Shown here in pieces: positions 27,701-38,859 of a stretch of DNA of 64,000 nucleotides. The notes under the pieces were generated by a model. It searched no databases. It was not told the origin of the DNA and was given only the letters and a program-made list of their open reading frames with translations. This stretch comes from Candidatus Bathyarchaeia archaeon (lineage in GTDB: Bacteria; Patescibacteriota; Microgenomatia; PFEM01; JAFGMK01), in assembly GCA_035529595.1 (NCBI GenBank), contig DATKWK010000035.1, positions 49,067 through 113,066 of the forward strand. The letters run 5' to 3'. Positions within the stretch are counted from its first letter, which is position 1, and every line of letters starts with the position of its first letter. Both the position numbers and the translations under genes were made by a program.

Positions 27701-28253
27701 GATGGTATTGAAGCTCAAGATAAAAATCTTTGCCAAAAATCTCCAGCAATCGACTAGCTAAGATTTCCGCGTCTTTAGTTTTCCCTTTAACAAGAAATGC
27801 TGGAATTTGGCCACTCAAACAAGCACTGGTGACAATTAAACCGGCTGAATATTGTCGTAGTAAATCCAAATCGATCCGAGGTTTATAATAGAAGCCTTCC
27901 AAATGAGCCAAGGTAGTCAATTTCATTAAATTTTTATAACCGGTTTCATTTTTAGCCAGTAAAATCAGATGATATTGATCGGAATCTATATGGGCTTGTT
28001 TATCAAAGCGTGAACGGGCTGCCACATAGGCTTCAAGACCAAGAATTGGTTTAATGCCTGCTTCCTTAGCCGCCAGATAAAATTTGACCATTCCATACAT
28101 CACACCGTGATCGGTTAAAGCAATCGAATCCATGCCATATTCGACAACCTTATCAATCAGCGCATCAATTTTTGACAGACCGTCAAGAAGTGAATATTCA
28201 CTATGTACATGCAGATGAGTAAATTTAGCCATAAGCTGCTCAAAATACTTCAC
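24771..28253 (-). CDS. dnaE: DNA polymerase III alpha subunit.
   Basis: N-terminal PHP domain FTHLHVHSEYSLLDG. Length 1160 aa. Polymerase core and OB-fold regions are present. Confidence 0.9.
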   Translation of the reverse strand: MKYFEQLMAKFTHLHVHSEYSLLDGLSKIDALIDKVVEYGMDSIALTDHGVMYGMVKFYLAAKEAGIKPILGLEAYVAARSRFDKQAHIDSDQYHLILLAKNETGYKNLMKLTTLAHLEGFYYKPRIDLDLLRQYSAGLIVTSACLSGQIPAFLVKGKTKDAEILASRLLEIFGKDFYLELQYHPKIAEQDEANKKIVQLSRKLGIPLIATNDVHYIEPDDAEAQDALLAIQTQKKITDKNRLSMLDSPDFYLRRQEEMIEIFADFPDAIENTRKISRVCNVEIPIGNWILPRYPLAEGKTAEEELKKLVYERLDDRFPHPSEEIIKRIDYELDIICKKGFATYFLIVQDFVNWAKKENIRVGPGRGSAAGSLVSYILRITSVDPLKHNLPFERFMNPQRPSPPDIDLDFADDRRDEVIEYVTNQYGKDKVAQIITFGSMEARGSIRDIGRVLGMPYSEPDQIAKLIPFKSTIAEALKTVPELERYYHQPKYKKLLDLAQRVEGVSRHASVHAAGVVIADKELTEYTPLQREVKGEKIITQYDMYSLDLNVSDKAIGLLKMDLLGLRNLTILEKAREYIRHLRGQEIDVSELPLEDKETFEMIASGETTGVFQLESAGMRRLARKLRPNRFSDISAMVALFRPGPMQFIDEFIAGKENPKVIRYPHSDLKPILEETYGIAVYQEQILQIANVMGGYSLGEADILRRAIGKKKKAIMTREKNRFIKRAMEAKYENSVAENVWGLIERFAGYGFNKAHSTSYAMIAYQTAYFKAHFPVEFVAALLTVESGASSSSGKDQKLTLAIEECRRLGIVVLPPDINRSKIGFSVESDSRSLEDNAIRFGLSAIKNVGEAAISAILAAREIGEFKSLSDFCQRVDPQKVNKKVLESLIRVGAMDIFGKRAAMLSALEKIRIQGASFQRQQHNGQVGLFDNHGFGETNFTAIEDRLPEMEEFTRNELLTLEKSLLGFYLTEHPLAPALSLLEQHCTHKLFEFFQEEEISGKVKVGGMIVDLRIVTTRRTSQEMAFVKIEDDTASLEAVVFPKVFAATRDYWAKDRIVLIEGKVETREQSPSIIVDSASLMSALEEKTQEGKKYDFEIRLSSSISPRKLVELNKLFKQSQGNQRIALIFVDNTGKTRRLILPYGVNFSRDLQAKIKEVVD

Positions 28254-28309
28254 CGTTCGAAAAGTCCATCGAACACTCGAAGGTGTCTTTTACTTATTAA
28301 ACTTAAATA

Positions 28310-29680
28310 TCAACCAGATCTCTTCGTGGCCAAATTAGTATCTGCCACGCCGGATATATCAATATTATTCTGTAAAATCTCACGAGTCAAATTAGGATCC
28401 GCAGCACCGTGGGCTTTTGACATAACCTGGCCGACAAAAAATTGCATTAACCCGGTTTTTCCCTCCCGATAGCGTTTGACCTCATCCGGAAATTGTTTTA
28501 ATACCTCGTTGCATAAAGTAATTGTTCCTTTTCTGTCTAATTTTTGTTTTTGCTCTAGTATGTTATTTATTAATTTATCTGGACTAACATTTTCAAATTT
28601 TACTTTTCTGTTGATTATTACGTTAGCAATTTCTTCAGACGAAATTCCCTTTATCAAACCAATCTTAACCGCTTCTTCAAAATAATCAGCCTTTTTTATG
28701 CTTTTTGACAGGCTGGCTGCTTGAAAATCAGAAAGTCTGTAAGCTTTAATCAATCGCTTTCTCTTAACATCAGGTAATTCTGGCAATAGCTTTTTCAAGT
28801 CATCGATCTGCTGTTTTTCCCATCTAACCGGCGGGATGTCCGGCTCCGGGAAATAGCGATAATCGTGGGCTTCTTCTTTACGACGCTGACCGAAAGTAAT
28901 TTGTTTTTCTTCGTCAAAACCCCTAGTTTCTTGAACCGGCACTTCCCCACCCAGTAACATACCAGTCTGCCGCTTGATTTCATAAAGAGCCGCTGCCTTT
29001 AAGAATTTAAACGAATTGATATTTTTGACTTCAATACGGTACGGCGGCAAATCGGTGTGGCCATTTCTTCTTAACGATAGATTTAATTCAAATCGCATCT
29101 GTCCTTTTTCCATGTCCGCATTAGAAATTTTCAAATAACGGGCAATCTCTCTAATTTTACGGGCGTAGTTAAGCATTTCTTCAATCGAATGAATTTCGGG
29201 CTCGGAAACAATTTCGACTAGAGGAACTCCTGAACGGTTAAAATCAATCAAAGTACACTTGTTACCTTCAATCGTCCGATGGATTAGTCTACCGGTGTCT
29301 TCTTCTAAATGAACACGATTAATCCTGATGGTACGAATACCGGAATCTTGAGTTTGGAAAGTTATTTTACCATTTCGGCAAAAAGGCTGGTCATATTGTG
29401 AGATTTGATATCCTTTTGGCAAATCCGGATAAAAATAATTTTTACGATCAAATTTAGAGATTAAAGGAACTTGGCATTCCAAAGCCAATCCTAAAAGAAC
29501 CGTCCATTCGATTGCCTTCCGATTAGGATACGGCAAAGACCCCGGCAGCCCAAGACAAATTGGGCAGACTTGGGAGTTTGGTTTTTTTCCAAAATGATCA
29601 GCCGAACAGCGACAAAACATCTTGGATCTAGTTGCCAGTTCCAAATGGATTTCAAGTCCGATGACTGTTTCGTAAGACAT
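28310..29680 (-). CDS. gatB: Asp-tRNA(Asn)/Glu-tRNA(Gln) amidotransferase subunit B.
   Basis: MSYETVIGLEIHLELATRSKMFCRC is the canonical GatB start. Confidence 0.9.
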   Translation of the reverse strand: MSYETVIGLEIHLELATRSKMFCRCSADHFGKKPNSQVCPICLGLPGSLPYPNRKAIEWTVLLGLALECQVPLISKFDRKNYFYPDLPKGYQISQYDQPFCRNGKITFQTQDSGIRTIRINRVHLEEDTGRLIHRTIEGNKCTLIDFNRSGVPLVEIVSEPEIHSIEEMLNYARKIREIARYLKISNADMEKGQMRFELNLSLRRNGHTDLPPYRIEVKNINSFKFLKAAALYEIKRQTGMLLGGEVPVQETRGFDEEKQITFGQRRKEEAHDYRYFPEPDIPPVRWEKQQIDDLKKLLPELPDVKRKRLIKAYRLSDFQAASLSKSIKKADYFEEAVKIGLIKGISSEEIANVIINRKVKFENVSPDKLINNILEQKQKLDRKGTITLCNEVLKQFPDEVKRYREGKTGLMQFFVGQVMSKAHGAADPNLTREILQNNIDISGVADTNLATKRSG

Positions 29681-30905
29681 AATTTCTGTCTACCTTCAAA
29701 CTAATAATACCAGTTAAAAGGGCGACCATGCCGATTAAAAGAAGGGTAATCATCACACCGAAAAGATCGGTAATCGTCGCCAAAAAGAAGATAGGCAAGT
29801 AGGAACTGATTATCATCAAGGTACTTAAAGCACCAAAAACTCTACCTCTGATTTCTTCCGGTGTGTTCTCTTGAATCATCGTTAAAGAAGTGATAATCAC
29901 CAAAACCCCGCCAATCCCCAATAGTAAGAGTGTCAGAAATACAAATTGGGAAACAAAGCAAATCTTCGGTGCAATCAAGGCAATAGCTAAGAAACAAACT
30001 CCAATAATCAGCCAACCAAGAGATATTAACCTTTTTCTCCCCCAACTTTTAATTTTTTTTGTAATATAGATACTGCCTAAGATAGCACCAATGCCCACCG
30101 GAAGTAAAACAACTAATCCGGCATCTTTAATATCAATTAAGAGAACTTCTCTTGCTAAAGAGGGAAATAAGATGATACATACCCCAATTAACATTTGCGA
30201 AATAATATAAAACAGAAAAGGATAGAAAACTCTGGGCTTTTTCCGGATAAAGCGATAACTCTCAGCTACATCTTTAATTAAAAGTTGAAGCTGTTCTTCA
30301 AGAGTCTTACCATTATTTTGTTGACGAGGATGATCATGAGGCAAAAGGTAAGCCAGACAACTACCCGCCAGCAGAAATAAGAAGGCTAAAATAAAGGGGA
30401 ATCGGGGAGATAAATATTTAACCAAGGGTCCACCGAGCAATGATCCGGCCAGAATTGAACACTGATTGGTAAATAAAAAAAGGCTATTAGCAACCGGCAG
30501 AGTTTCGGCCTTAACTAAGGCCGGTAGGCTCGCCGCCTCAGCCGGAGCAAAAAATTCATCACAGAGCGAATAAAGAAAAACGATCGTATAAAGCGGCCAG
30601 ATTGTTTCTCCCGCCCCCAGATATAAAAGTACTACCAGAGACTGGGCTAAATTAGTAAAAAGCAATACTTTTCTCTTACTCCAATGATCAATAAAGGCGC
30701 CGGCGAAAAGCCCTAAGAATATCGAGGGAGCCGTATAGACCAGCAAGAAAAGGGAAAGAGCTGTCGTAGAACCAGTCGTTTCATAAATTTTCACCATCAA
30801 AACAAAATTTAACAGATAGGCACTGACTTGGGAAAAGATTTGTGAACCCCAAAGCTTTAAGAAATTTTTGTTTTTTAAAATCTTAAATAGAGATGCTTTT
30901 TTCAT
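29652..30905 (-). CDS. MFS transporter.
   Basis: About 12 predicted TM helices with MFS-like spacing. 417 aa. Confidence 0.65.
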   Translation of the reverse strand: MKKASLFKILKNKNFLKLWGSQIFSQVSAYLLNFVLMVKIYETTGSTTALSLFLLVYTAPSIFLGLFAGAFIDHWSKRKVLLFTNLAQSLVVLLYLGAGETIWPLYTIVFLYSLCDEFFAPAEAASLPALVKAETLPVANSLFLFTNQCSILAGSLLGGPLVKYLSPRFPFILAFLFLLAGSCLAYLLPHDHPRQQNNGKTLEEQLQLLIKDVAESYRFIRKKPRVFYPFLFYIISQMLIGVCIILFPSLAREVLLIDIKDAGLVVLLPVGIGAILGSIYITKKIKSWGRKRLISLGWLIIGVCFLAIALIAPKICFVSQFVFLTLLLLGIGGVLVIITSLTMIQENTPEEIRGRVFGALSTLMIISSYLPIFFLATITDLFGVMITLLLIGMVALLTGIISLKVDRNYVLRNSHRT

Positions 30906-30959
30906 AAATTTTCTAATTACATTTTCACCCGGAAGGTGAAATCAGAAAGACGGCAAATT

Positions 30960-32384
30960 TTAATCCAGTTTAGGCTTTCTCAAATGCCATGTTGTTGCTT
31001 GCTCATAGGCATAGGCCGCCCGCAAAACCAAACTTTCCGAGAATTGAGGGCCAATAATCTGCATCCCAATTGGTAAACCATCTTTTGAGAAACCACAAGG
31101 AACACTAATCCCCGGTAAACCAGCTAAGGTACTGGGTTCAACCAAAATATCTTGCATTTCACCAAACATCGGGCTATTTTTACTCGAACCGATCTTCAAC
31201 GCTGGACAGGGAGTAGTAGGAGCCACAATTAGATCGATCTCCCTGAATACGCTGGCGAAATCTTCACAAATTAATGTCCTAACTTTCTGTGCTTTTAAAT
31301 AATACTGGTCATAATAGCCATGTGATAAAGCATAAGTTCCGAGCATAATTCTTCTTTTTGCTTCTTCACCAAACTTATTTCTACCGTAACCATATCGAAC
31401 TCCGTCGTAACGGGCTAAATTCGACGACACCTCACTGCGCTGTAAAATTGTATAAACAGCAACGCTAAATTCAGGATCAAGAAGGGAAATCGGCTTTAAA
31501 GTGCAACCCAGTTTTTTTAAAACCATTATTGCCGATCTAATGCCTTTCAAGACTTCTTTATCTACTTTGAGGGAAAAGTACTGTTTGGGTACCCCAAATT
31601 TGATGCCTCTAATACCGGACTTAAGGGTTGATAAATAGTCTGGAACCAGCCGAGGGGATAGAGTAGCGTCTTTCTGGTCTTCTCCTGCCAAAACCTGTAA
31701 CACCAGCGCCGCATCTTCAACCGATTTAGTCATCGGGCCGGGACAATCCAGAGAAGAGCCCATGGCAATTAACCCATAACGACTCACTCTACCATAGGTA
31801 GGCTTTAACCCAACTATGCCGCACCATGAAGCCGGTTGCCTAATAGAACCGGCTGTTTCTGAACCGACTGCGGTAATTGTTTCATCAGCAATAACAGCGG
31901 CAGCACTACCACCTGAAGAACCTCCCGGCAGCTTATCTTGGTCCCAAGGATTCCGAGTAGTAAAGAAATCTGACGTTTCTGTCGAAGATCCATGCGCCCA
32001 GGCATCCATATTGGTTTTTCCTAATAGAATCGCCCCGGCGTTATTTAACCTCTCAATAACTGTTGCATCATAAACCGGTACGTAATTCGCCAAAACATTT
32101 GAAGCTGCAGTCGTTCGTAAATTTTTCGTGCAAAAATTATCCTTAATTGCTATAGGGATTCCCAGTAATAATTGGTTTAAATCCCACCCGGTTTTTGCTA
32201 TTAATCTATCAGTATCTCTAGCCTTATCTAAAGCCTGTTGCCGGCAGACGGTAATAAATGCCTTTATTTTCTTATCAATCTTACCAATTCGACTAAAACA
32301 AGCTTTCGTTAATTCGAAAGATGAAAACCTGCGTTTTCTCAAGCCTCTAAGAGCCTGAAAGAGAGTCATATCAAACAATTTCAT
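30960..32384 (-). CDS. gatA: Glutamyl-tRNA(Gln) amidotransferase subunit A.
   Basis: Amidase signature GGSSGGSAAAV with the Ser-cisSer-Lys context. 474 aa. Confidence 0.9.
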   Translation of the reverse strand: MKLFDMTLFQALRGLRKRRFSSFELTKACFSRIGKIDKKIKAFITVCRQQALDKARDTDRLIAKTGWDLNQLLLGIPIAIKDNFCTKNLRTTAASNVLANYVPVYDATVIERLNNAGAILLGKTNMDAWAHGSSTETSDFFTTRNPWDQDKLPGGSSGGSAAAVIADETITAVGSETAGSIRQPASWCGIVGLKPTYGRVSRYGLIAMGSSLDCPGPMTKSVEDAALVLQVLAGEDQKDATLSPRLVPDYLSTLKSGIRGIKFGVPKQYFSLKVDKEVLKGIRSAIMVLKKLGCTLKPISLLDPEFSVAVYTILQRSEVSSNLARYDGVRYGYGRNKFGEEAKRRIMLGTYALSHGYYDQYYLKAQKVRTLICEDFASVFREIDLIVAPTTPCPALKIGSSKNSPMFGEMQDILVEPSTLAGLPGISVPCGFSKDGLPIGMQIIGPQFSESLVLRAAYAYEQATTWHLRKPKLD

Positions 32385-32737
32385 TTTTCGATCACCCCTT
32401 TAACTTTATAGAAATGACGGTAAGATTCGGAAGTGCTATCTAAGGTTTGTTTGATTGAAATTGGCGTTTTCGCCACAACATCATCCCGAAATACATTTTC
32501 CAGTCCTGTTACCTGACTGGTTGGTTCACAATTGCCGGTATTTAATTTGTTAAGAATAGCGATATAATCAAGCGTATCCGAAAGTTGTTCTTGAAATTTC
32601 CTTATTTCTTCTTTGTCAAGAAATAACCTGGCTAAACCAGCCATATGCCTGACATCATTTTTGGTAATCTTTGTTTTGTAACCTCTAGCCATCATACGAA
32701 TTATAGTAACAAAACGACTTTCCTTCAAGAACAACAA
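32381..32737 (-). CDS. gatC: Glutamyl-tRNA(Gln) amidotransferase subunit C.
   Basis: ITKNDVRHMAGLARLFLDKEEI...ILNKLNT...NVFRDD fits GatC. The likely start is the internal MARGYK. There is a 4-nt overlap with gatA. Confidence 0.7.
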   Translation of the reverse strand: MLFLKESRFVTIIRMMARGYKTKITKNDVRHMAGLARLFLDKEEIRKFQEQLSDTLDYIAILNKLNTGNCEPTSQVTGLENVFRDDVVAKTPISIKQTLDSTSESYRHFYKVKGVIEK

Positions 32738-32764
32738 GAAGAAGACAACTCAAAAGGAGTCATT

Positions 32765-35344
32765 CTATTTCTTTTTGATAAGAATCTTGCCTTTCTCTGT
32801 GCTGACCAGCACTCTATCGCCCTCATTAACTTGTCCATTAACCATAAGCGATGCCAGTGGGTTAAGAATCGTCTCCTGAATTGCCCGTTTGAGAGGTCGG
32901 GCTCCAAAAACCGGATCGTAACCTTCTTTTGCCAAAATTTTTTTGGCTTCTTGGCTAAACTTAAGTCTTATTTTTTGTTTTTTTAACCTTATCTCGACTC
33001 GCTCAAGCTGAATCTCAACAATTTTTTCAAGCATCCCCAGCGTTAGACTTTCAAAAAGGACGATTTGATCCAGCCGATTGATAAATTCCGGCCGAAATGA
33101 TTTCCTAATAATCTCCCTCATTCTGTCCTCGATTTCTTCAGGCTCTTTTTTCTCTAGCCAAAGATCGCTTCCCAAATTCGATGTCATGATCAGAACTGCA
33201 TTTTTAAAATTTACGGTCCGGCCTCGGCCATCAGTCAATCTTCCTTCGTCCATAATTTGTAACAGTAGGTTAAACACTTCCGAATGGGCTTTTTCTATCT
33301 CATCAAGTAAAATTACGCTGAAGGGCTTTCTCCTAACAATTTCCGTCAATTGTCCGCCTTCTTCATAACCGACATATCCCGGAGGAGCACCAATTAAACG
33401 GGCAACGCTGTGTCGCTCCGAGTATTCACTCATATCAAGCCTAATCATGGTTTTTTCGTCACCGAATAAAAATTCAGCCAAGGTTTTAGCCAACTCGGTT
33501 TTACCGACACCGGTAGGCCCGATGAATAAGAAAACCCCAATCGGTTTGTTTTCTTCAGCGATGCCCGCCCTTGAACGGCGAATACTATTGGCTATTTCTT
33601 TAACGGCCTCCTCTTGCCCTACAATTCTTTTTTGCAATTCTTCTTCAAGGCGGGCCAATTTTTCCGCTTCGGAGGTAACCAGCCGGGCCACCGGTATTCC
33701 GGTCCAACGCGAAACAACCGCCGCAATATCATCAGCCTCAACCTCTTCCTTAATCAATCTCTGATCGACAGGGATTTCCTGCCATCTCTTTCTCAAATGG
33801 CCAAGTTCCCTCTCAAGTTTTGGAAGATGACCATATTTAATTTCTGCCGCTTTTTCTAATTCAACTTCTCGCTCAGCTTTTTCCAACTCTAGCTTTAATT
33901 TTTCAATTTCTGACCTCGCCGAATTGATTTCCTTAACAATCCCTTTTTGTCTTGTCCAAGATAGTTCTTGCTTTTTTGCCTCCTCACGCAAGTTGGCAAT
34001 TTTTTTATTCAAAAGGCGCTTCTTCTCCTCAACCTCACTCCCCTTCTCTTTCTTCAAAGCCGCCAGTTCAATTTCCAATTGGGTGATTTTTCTCTTCAAC
34101 TCATCAAGATCAGCCGGCAGAGTCTCAATCTCAATTTTTAAAGCAGAAGTTGCTTCATCAATTAAATCAATCGCCTTATCCGGCAAAAAACGATCAGAAA
34201 TGTATCGTGAAGAAAGAGTAACTGCGGCAATAATAGCCTCATCGGTGATTTTGACGCCATGATGAAGTTCGTATTTTTCCTTAAGCCCACGTAAAATAGA
34301 GACGCTGTCTTCAAATGTCGGTTCTTCAACTAAAATCGGCTGAAAACGTCGCTCCAGAGCAGCATCTTTTTCAATTTGCCTGCGATACTCATTTACGGTG
34401 GTAGCACCGATGGCATGTAAAGTACCGCGAGCCAGTGCCGGTTTAAGCATATTTGAAGCGTCAACTGCGCCTTCAGCAGCGCCAGCTCCAACAAGAGTAT
34501 GAAGTTCATCCATGAAAATTATATATTTACCGGAAGCTTTTTCGATTTGATTCAAAACCGTTTTCAGTCGTTCCTCGAATTCACCTCGATATTTAGAACC
34601 GGCTAGAAGAGAAGATAGATCAAGAGCTAAAACCTCCTTATTCTTCAAACTCTCCGGTACATCCCCGGTTATTATTCTTTGAGCCAATCCTTCAACGATA
34701 GCTGTCTTACCTACACCAGGATCTCCAATTAAAACCGGATTGTTTTTCGTGCGCCGGGAAAGAACCTGCATCACTCTCCGAATCTCTTTATCTCTGCCAA
34801 TAACAGGATCCAACTTACCTTTTTTGGCTAAATCTGTTAGGTTGGTAGTGTATTTTTCCAACACCTGATATTTTGACTCGGCAGTTTTGTCGGTTGGTTT
34901 CTGATCTCCTCTAATTACCATTAAATTCTCCCTGATCTTACTTTCATTGATATTATATTTCTGTAGTATAGTTCTTGATTGGCAGTCTGTCAATAAGAGT
35001 GCTAAAAAGAGGTGTTCTTGCGTTACAAAATCATCCTTCATCTTCTTTGTTTCAGTAAAGGCTTTTTCCAGTACTTTTACCATGACTGTAGATAAGACTG
35101 GTGACACCTTTTCATCTCCTACTCTAGGTAGAGAATCAACTGCTTCTTCCACTTCTTCGATCAGTTCAACCGATGAAGCAACCAATCCCTCCAATAAATG
35201 AGATATCAGACCGTCTTCTTCCAGCAATAACGCCAATAATAAGTGAAGATCCTCTACCTGAGAATTCTTATTTTCTGAAGTCAGTCGAATGGCATAAGAT
35301 AAAGATTCCTGTGATTTCTGAGTCAGCTTGCTTAGATCGGGCAT
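32765..35344 (-). CDS. clpB: Chaperone ClpB, an AAA+ disaggregase.
   Basis: Two NBDs ([10 protein letters not shown] and [12 protein letters not shown]) separated by a long coiled-coil middle domain. 859 aa. Confidence 0.9.
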   Translation of the reverse strand: MPDLSKLTQKSQESLSYAIRLTSENKNSQVEDLHLLLALLLEEDGLISHLLEGLVASSVELIEEVEEAVDSLPRVGDEKVSPVLSTVMVKVLEKAFTETKKMKDDFVTQEHLFLALLLTDCQSRTILQKYNINESKIRENLMVIRGDQKPTDKTAESKYQVLEKYTTNLTDLAKKGKLDPVIGRDKEIRRVMQVLSRRTKNNPVLIGDPGVGKTAIVEGLAQRIITGDVPESLKNKEVLALDLSSLLAGSKYRGEFEERLKTVLNQIEKASGKYIIFMDELHTLVGAGAAEGAVDASNMLKPALARGTLHAIGATTVNEYRRQIEKDAALERRFQPILVEEPTFEDSVSILRGLKEKYELHHGVKITDEAIIAAVTLSSRYISDRFLPDKAIDLIDEATSALKIEIETLPADLDELKRKITQLEIELAALKKEKGSEVEEKKRLLNKKIANLREEAKKQELSWTRQKGIVKEINSARSEIEKLKLELEKAEREVELEKAAEIKYGHLPKLERELGHLRKRWQEIPVDQRLIKEEVEADDIAAVVSRWTGIPVARLVTSEAEKLARLEEELQKRIVGQEEAVKEIANSIRRSRAGIAEENKPIGVFLFIGPTGVGKTELAKTLAEFLFGDEKTMIRLDMSEYSERHSVARLIGAPPGYVGYEEGGQLTEIVRRKPFSVILLDEIEKAHSEVFNLLLQIMDEGRLTDGRGRTVNFKNAVLIMTSNLGSDLWLEKKEPEEIEDRMREIIRKSFRPEFINRLDQIVLFESLTLGMLEKIVEIQLERVEIRLKKQKIRLKFSQEAKKILAKEGYDPVFGARPLKRAIQETILNPLASLMVNGQVNEGDRVLVSTEKGKILIKKK

Positions 35345-35347
35345 AAC

Positions 35348-36244
35348 TTAAGCCATCTCTTTTAACTTCTTTATTCTTTCCCCAATCGGTGGATGGGTAT
35401 TAAAAAAAGAAGCAAACCAACCTATCTGGTCATGCCGGTTTTTTAAAGGGTTTGCAATATATAAATGGGCGGTTGCCTTATTAGCTGCCTCCAACGGTTC
35501 CTTGTCTGAAGAAATTTTTTCCAGAGCCCGAGCCAGTCCATCCGGAAATCGAGTCAGCATAACTCCTGAAGCGTCGGCTAAATATTCCCGACTTCGGGAA
35601 ATAGCAAGTTGAATTAGTTTGGCAATTAATGGGGACAAAAACGCTAAAAACAGACCAATCAGGAGAAGAAGACCCCCCTTGCTCTTTCTTCGTTCGCCAC
35701 CTTGCCAATGAGAACTGCGCAGCAGCCAGTCTGCCAAAAGAGTCACGAGTCCAACCAAGACAGTTACGATAGACATCAGTCGAATATCAAAATTTTTGAT
35801 ATGCGCAAGCTCATGTGCAATTACCCCTTCAAGTTCAGTTCTATCTAATCTCTTAATCAATCCCGAAGTAGCGCAGATTGAAGCATGCTGAGGATCACGG
35901 CCAGTGGCAAAGGCATTCATCGCCGTATCCTCAATTAGGTAAAGCTTCGGCATCGGTATTTGAGCTGCCATTGCCAAATTTTCTGTAACCGTGAAAAATT
36001 GGAAATTTTTTTCACGAGAAGCCGGCTGGGCCTGGGACAAAGCTAAAATAATTCTGTCGCCTTGATAATAACCAACCAAACTTGATAGACCAGTAAGCAA
36101 CAAAGCCCAGCCCACCACCGAAAGTCCGTATCCATAAGCACGAGAGAACACATAAATAGTTAGGGTTAAGAAACCAACAAATAGGGCAATAATTAAGGCA
36201 CTTTTCCTCTTGTTAGCATCAATCTGTTCGTAAACATTAAGCAT
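35348..36244 (-). CDS. htpX: Zinc metalloprotease HtpX (M48 family).
   Basis: HELAHIKNFD (HExxH) with flanking TM helices. Confidence 0.85.
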   Translation of the reverse strand: MLNVYEQIDANKRKSALIIALFVGFLTLTIYVFSRAYGYGLSVVGWALLLTGLSSLVGYYQGDRIILALSQAQPASREKNFQFFTVTENLAMAAQIPMPKLYLIEDTAMNAFATGRDPQHASICATSGLIKRLDRTELEGVIAHELAHIKNFDIRLMSIVTVLVGLVTLLADWLLRSSHWQGGERRKSKGGLLLLIGLFLAFLSPLIAKLIQLAISRSREYLADASGVMLTRFPDGLARALEKISSDKEPLEAANKATAHLYIANPLKNRHDQIGWFASFFNTHPPIGERIKKLKEMA

Positions 36245-36310
36245 AGAATTAAAACCCTGTCACTATTATCTAGTAACCAGAAAATAAATTCATAAAATCA
36301 ACCATTATGC

Positions 36311-36904
36311 CTAGTTTAATTTTACCTTCGGCGTTTCGACTTCAGCTTCCGATACTTCTACATGCTTTCCAGTCTCCGGTGTTTTTAGTCCTGCCTCTTT
36401 CTTAAAGCCAAACATTTGGGCTACAAACATACCTGGAAAAGTCGCTACTCTAACATTATAATCTGCTGTCAAGTCAATTAATGTTCGCCGCGAATACATG
36501 ATTTTATCGGCCGTATCACGAACTTCATCCATCAATTTCACCGTCGGTTGAGCAGCTTGGAGTTGTGGTGTACTTTCAAATACCGCTCTGATTGGCGCTA
36601 GAGCCTTTTCCAGCCGGCTACCGGCCTCTACAAGATTATCCGCTCCACCCTCTTTAATTGCTCCCAATACAGCTTTCCTTGCCTGGGTAATTTCGTCAAA
36701 AATCGATTTCTCGTGCTTCATATAACCCTTGACCGACTCGACCAAGTTGGGAATCAGATCTGCCTGCCGCTTTAGCTGATTACCGATTTCTTGGATAGAA
36801 GCACCAATTCTCGTTTTTGCTTTAACAAACCAATTATAGCTATTCCAAAGATACGCAATAACTATAATAACCAGTGATAAAGGAATCAGAAACATAATCT
36901 TCAC
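36311..36904 (-). CDS. LemA family protein.
   Basis: N-terminal TM helix. The IGASIQEIGNQLKRQADLIPNLVESVKGYMKHEKSIFDEITQARK pattern matches LemA. Confidence 0.75.
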   Translation of the reverse strand: MKIMFLIPLSLVIIVIAYLWNSYNWFVKAKTRIGASIQEIGNQLKRQADLIPNLVESVKGYMKHEKSIFDEITQARKAVLGAIKEGGADNLVEAGSRLEKALAPIRAVFESTPQLQAAQPTVKLMDEVRDTADKIMYSRRTLIDLTADYNVRVATFPGMFVAQMFGFKKEAGLKTPETGKHVEVSEAEVETPKVKLN

Positions 36905-36921
36905 CTCCTATCAAGTCAATG

Positions 36922-38715
36922 TCATTTTGTAATTAGCCACTGACTAATTCTATCACAATCATAAGAATTTAAAATATCCTTTTTTTCGACCCAGCCCCGA
37001 CGGGCCACCGAAACACCATATTCTATGTTATTCATTTCCCGAAGGCTGTGCGCATCTGAATTGATCGCTATTTTCACTCTTCTTTTCACTGCTTCCCGAA
37101 CTAAAGCATCAGGCAAATCCAGTCTTTCCGGAAAAGCATTAATTTCCAAGGCCTTGTCATGCTTTAAACAAAAATCAAAAATTTTATCCCAGTCTAATTC
37201 ATATTCTTCTCTTTTCCCCAGTTTTCTCCCTGTCGGATGAGCTAAAATCTTTACCTTTGGATGATTTAACCCGTATAAAATTCGTCGAGTCATCTTTTCA
37301 CGAGTGATTCTGAATCCACTATGAATAGCAACAATAGCAAAATCAAGCATTTCTAAACCTTCAGCAGGCAGAGCTAGTCTCCCATCAGGTTTAATATCAA
37401 CCTCTAGAGCATTAAATAATTTTAAGTTAAGGTTACTTTTATTACTCGAGTAATTTATTCTCTCTATAAGCTCTTTTTTAAGCCTTAATAAGTCAATAAT
37501 TTGCCTGGCGCTATGTTGACTCACGCTCGGATTATGTTCTGAAAAGGCCAAATAAGTATAGTGATGTCTAATTGCTTCGCTGATCATTTCCTTCATCGAA
37601 CTCTCACCTAGATCATGGCTCGGTTCAATTTGGAAGCTTGAGTGAAGATGCAAGTCTCCTTTGATGTCTGAGATTTCTACTAACACTGGTAGCTTCCGCT
37701 CTTGCGCGGCTTCAATTTCACCGGTATCTTCTCTTAATTCCGGAGGAATCCAAGATAAACCGATTGCTTGGTAAAAATTCTTTTCGTCGGCATATTCGTC
37801 CAATTTGCTTCCTCCTCCGATTAGTTTTCTCTTAACCCCGTATTCGGATAGACTTAGTCCTTTTTTCTGGGCGATTTTTCTGAGATGAATATTGTGTTGT
37901 TTTGATCCCGTGAAGTGTTGAAGCAAGGCTCCATAGGCCGAGGGCGGTTTTGTCATTAGATCAACGCTGTGTCCGGAACGGAGCATTACTGAAGCAGTTG
38001 TCTTACCGACCTCAATCAGCCTTTTAATATCCGGGTAGTCAACAAAACGGGCAATTACTTTTTTAGGTTCGTCTGTGGCAACTGCCAGATCAATATCACC
38101 AATAGTAGCGCATTTTCGTCTTAAAGAACCCAAAGGATCAACTCGCAATACAGTTTTTTCTTCTTTTATAAAAGCAATTAGTTTTCGCGCTAATTGCCAG
38201 GCAAAAGGTAATAAAATTCTTCTTTCTCGCCGCTTCAGTTCTCGAATTGCACGAAGAAGATTTTTTTCCGATTCTTTGCCAAATCCTTTGATTAGTCGTA
38301 TTTTTTTTAAACTAGCTGCTTTTTCTAGCTTCTTGATTGCACCTTCTGCTCTGTTTATGCCTAAATTTTGGTAAAGTTTCCAGGCACTTTTAACCCCAAT
38401 CCCGGGTATATCTAAAAATTCAAAAACAGCCGGAGGTAATCCCTTGAGAACCTCTTCAAAATGTTTTACGGTTCCTATTCTGAATAACTCACCCAGATGA
38501 GAAGCAATGCTGGTACCGATCCCGGGCAAAGATACCAATTGATTATCTTCCCATAAATCTTTTACTTCTGAAGTCGCCTGATCAACCGCCGTAGCGGCTC
38601 GCTCATACGCCAACACTCGGAAACGCGATTCTCCTTTAATCTCGTAAGCAGCCGCAATTACCCGTAAAAGCTTGGCAATTTCACTATTATTCATGTCTCT
38701 ATGCAATCTCATCAA
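36922..38715 (-). CDS. polX: Family X DNA polymerase with a C-terminal PHP 3'-5' exonuclease domain.
   Basis: HhH motifs (LPGIGTSIASHL, IPGIGVKSAWKL). Nucleotidyltransferase core with GDIDLAV. C-terminal PHP with DLHLHS. Confidence 0.8.
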   Translation of the reverse strand: MMRLHRDMNNSEIAKLLRVIAAAYEIKGESRFRVLAYERAATAVDQATSEVKDLWEDNQLVSLPGIGTSIASHLGELFRIGTVKHFEEVLKGLPPAVFEFLDIPGIGVKSAWKLYQNLGINRAEGAIKKLEKAASLKKIRLIKGFGKESEKNLLRAIRELKRRERRILLPFAWQLARKLIAFIKEEKTVLRVDPLGSLRRKCATIGDIDLAVATDEPKKVIARFVDYPDIKRLIEVGKTTASVMLRSGHSVDLMTKPPSAYGALLQHFTGSKQHNIHLRKIAQKKGLSLSEYGVKRKLIGGGSKLDEYADEKNFYQAIGLSWIPPELREDTGEIEAAQERKLPVLVEISDIKGDLHLHSSFQIEPSHDLGESSMKEMISEAIRHHYTYLAFSEHNPSVSQHSARQIIDLLRLKKELIERINYSSNKSNLNLKLFNALEVDIKPDGRLALPAEGLEMLDFAIVAIHSGFRITREKMTRRILYGLNHPKVKILAHPTGRKLGKREEYELDWDKIFDFCLKHDKALEINAFPERLDLPDALVREAVKRRVKIAINSDAHSLREMNNIEYGVSVARRGWVEKKDILNSYDCDRISQWLITK

Positions 38716-38859
38716 TTTTATACTAACACATAAAAATCGGATAGAAAATAAGCTATCTGTGAAACATGAATTTTCTGTATACCTTACACAAATTAAGAGG
38801 AATATTGGCGGCGAATTTATTGACTGAATAGGTAAAATTTGATACTATGCTCCATAATT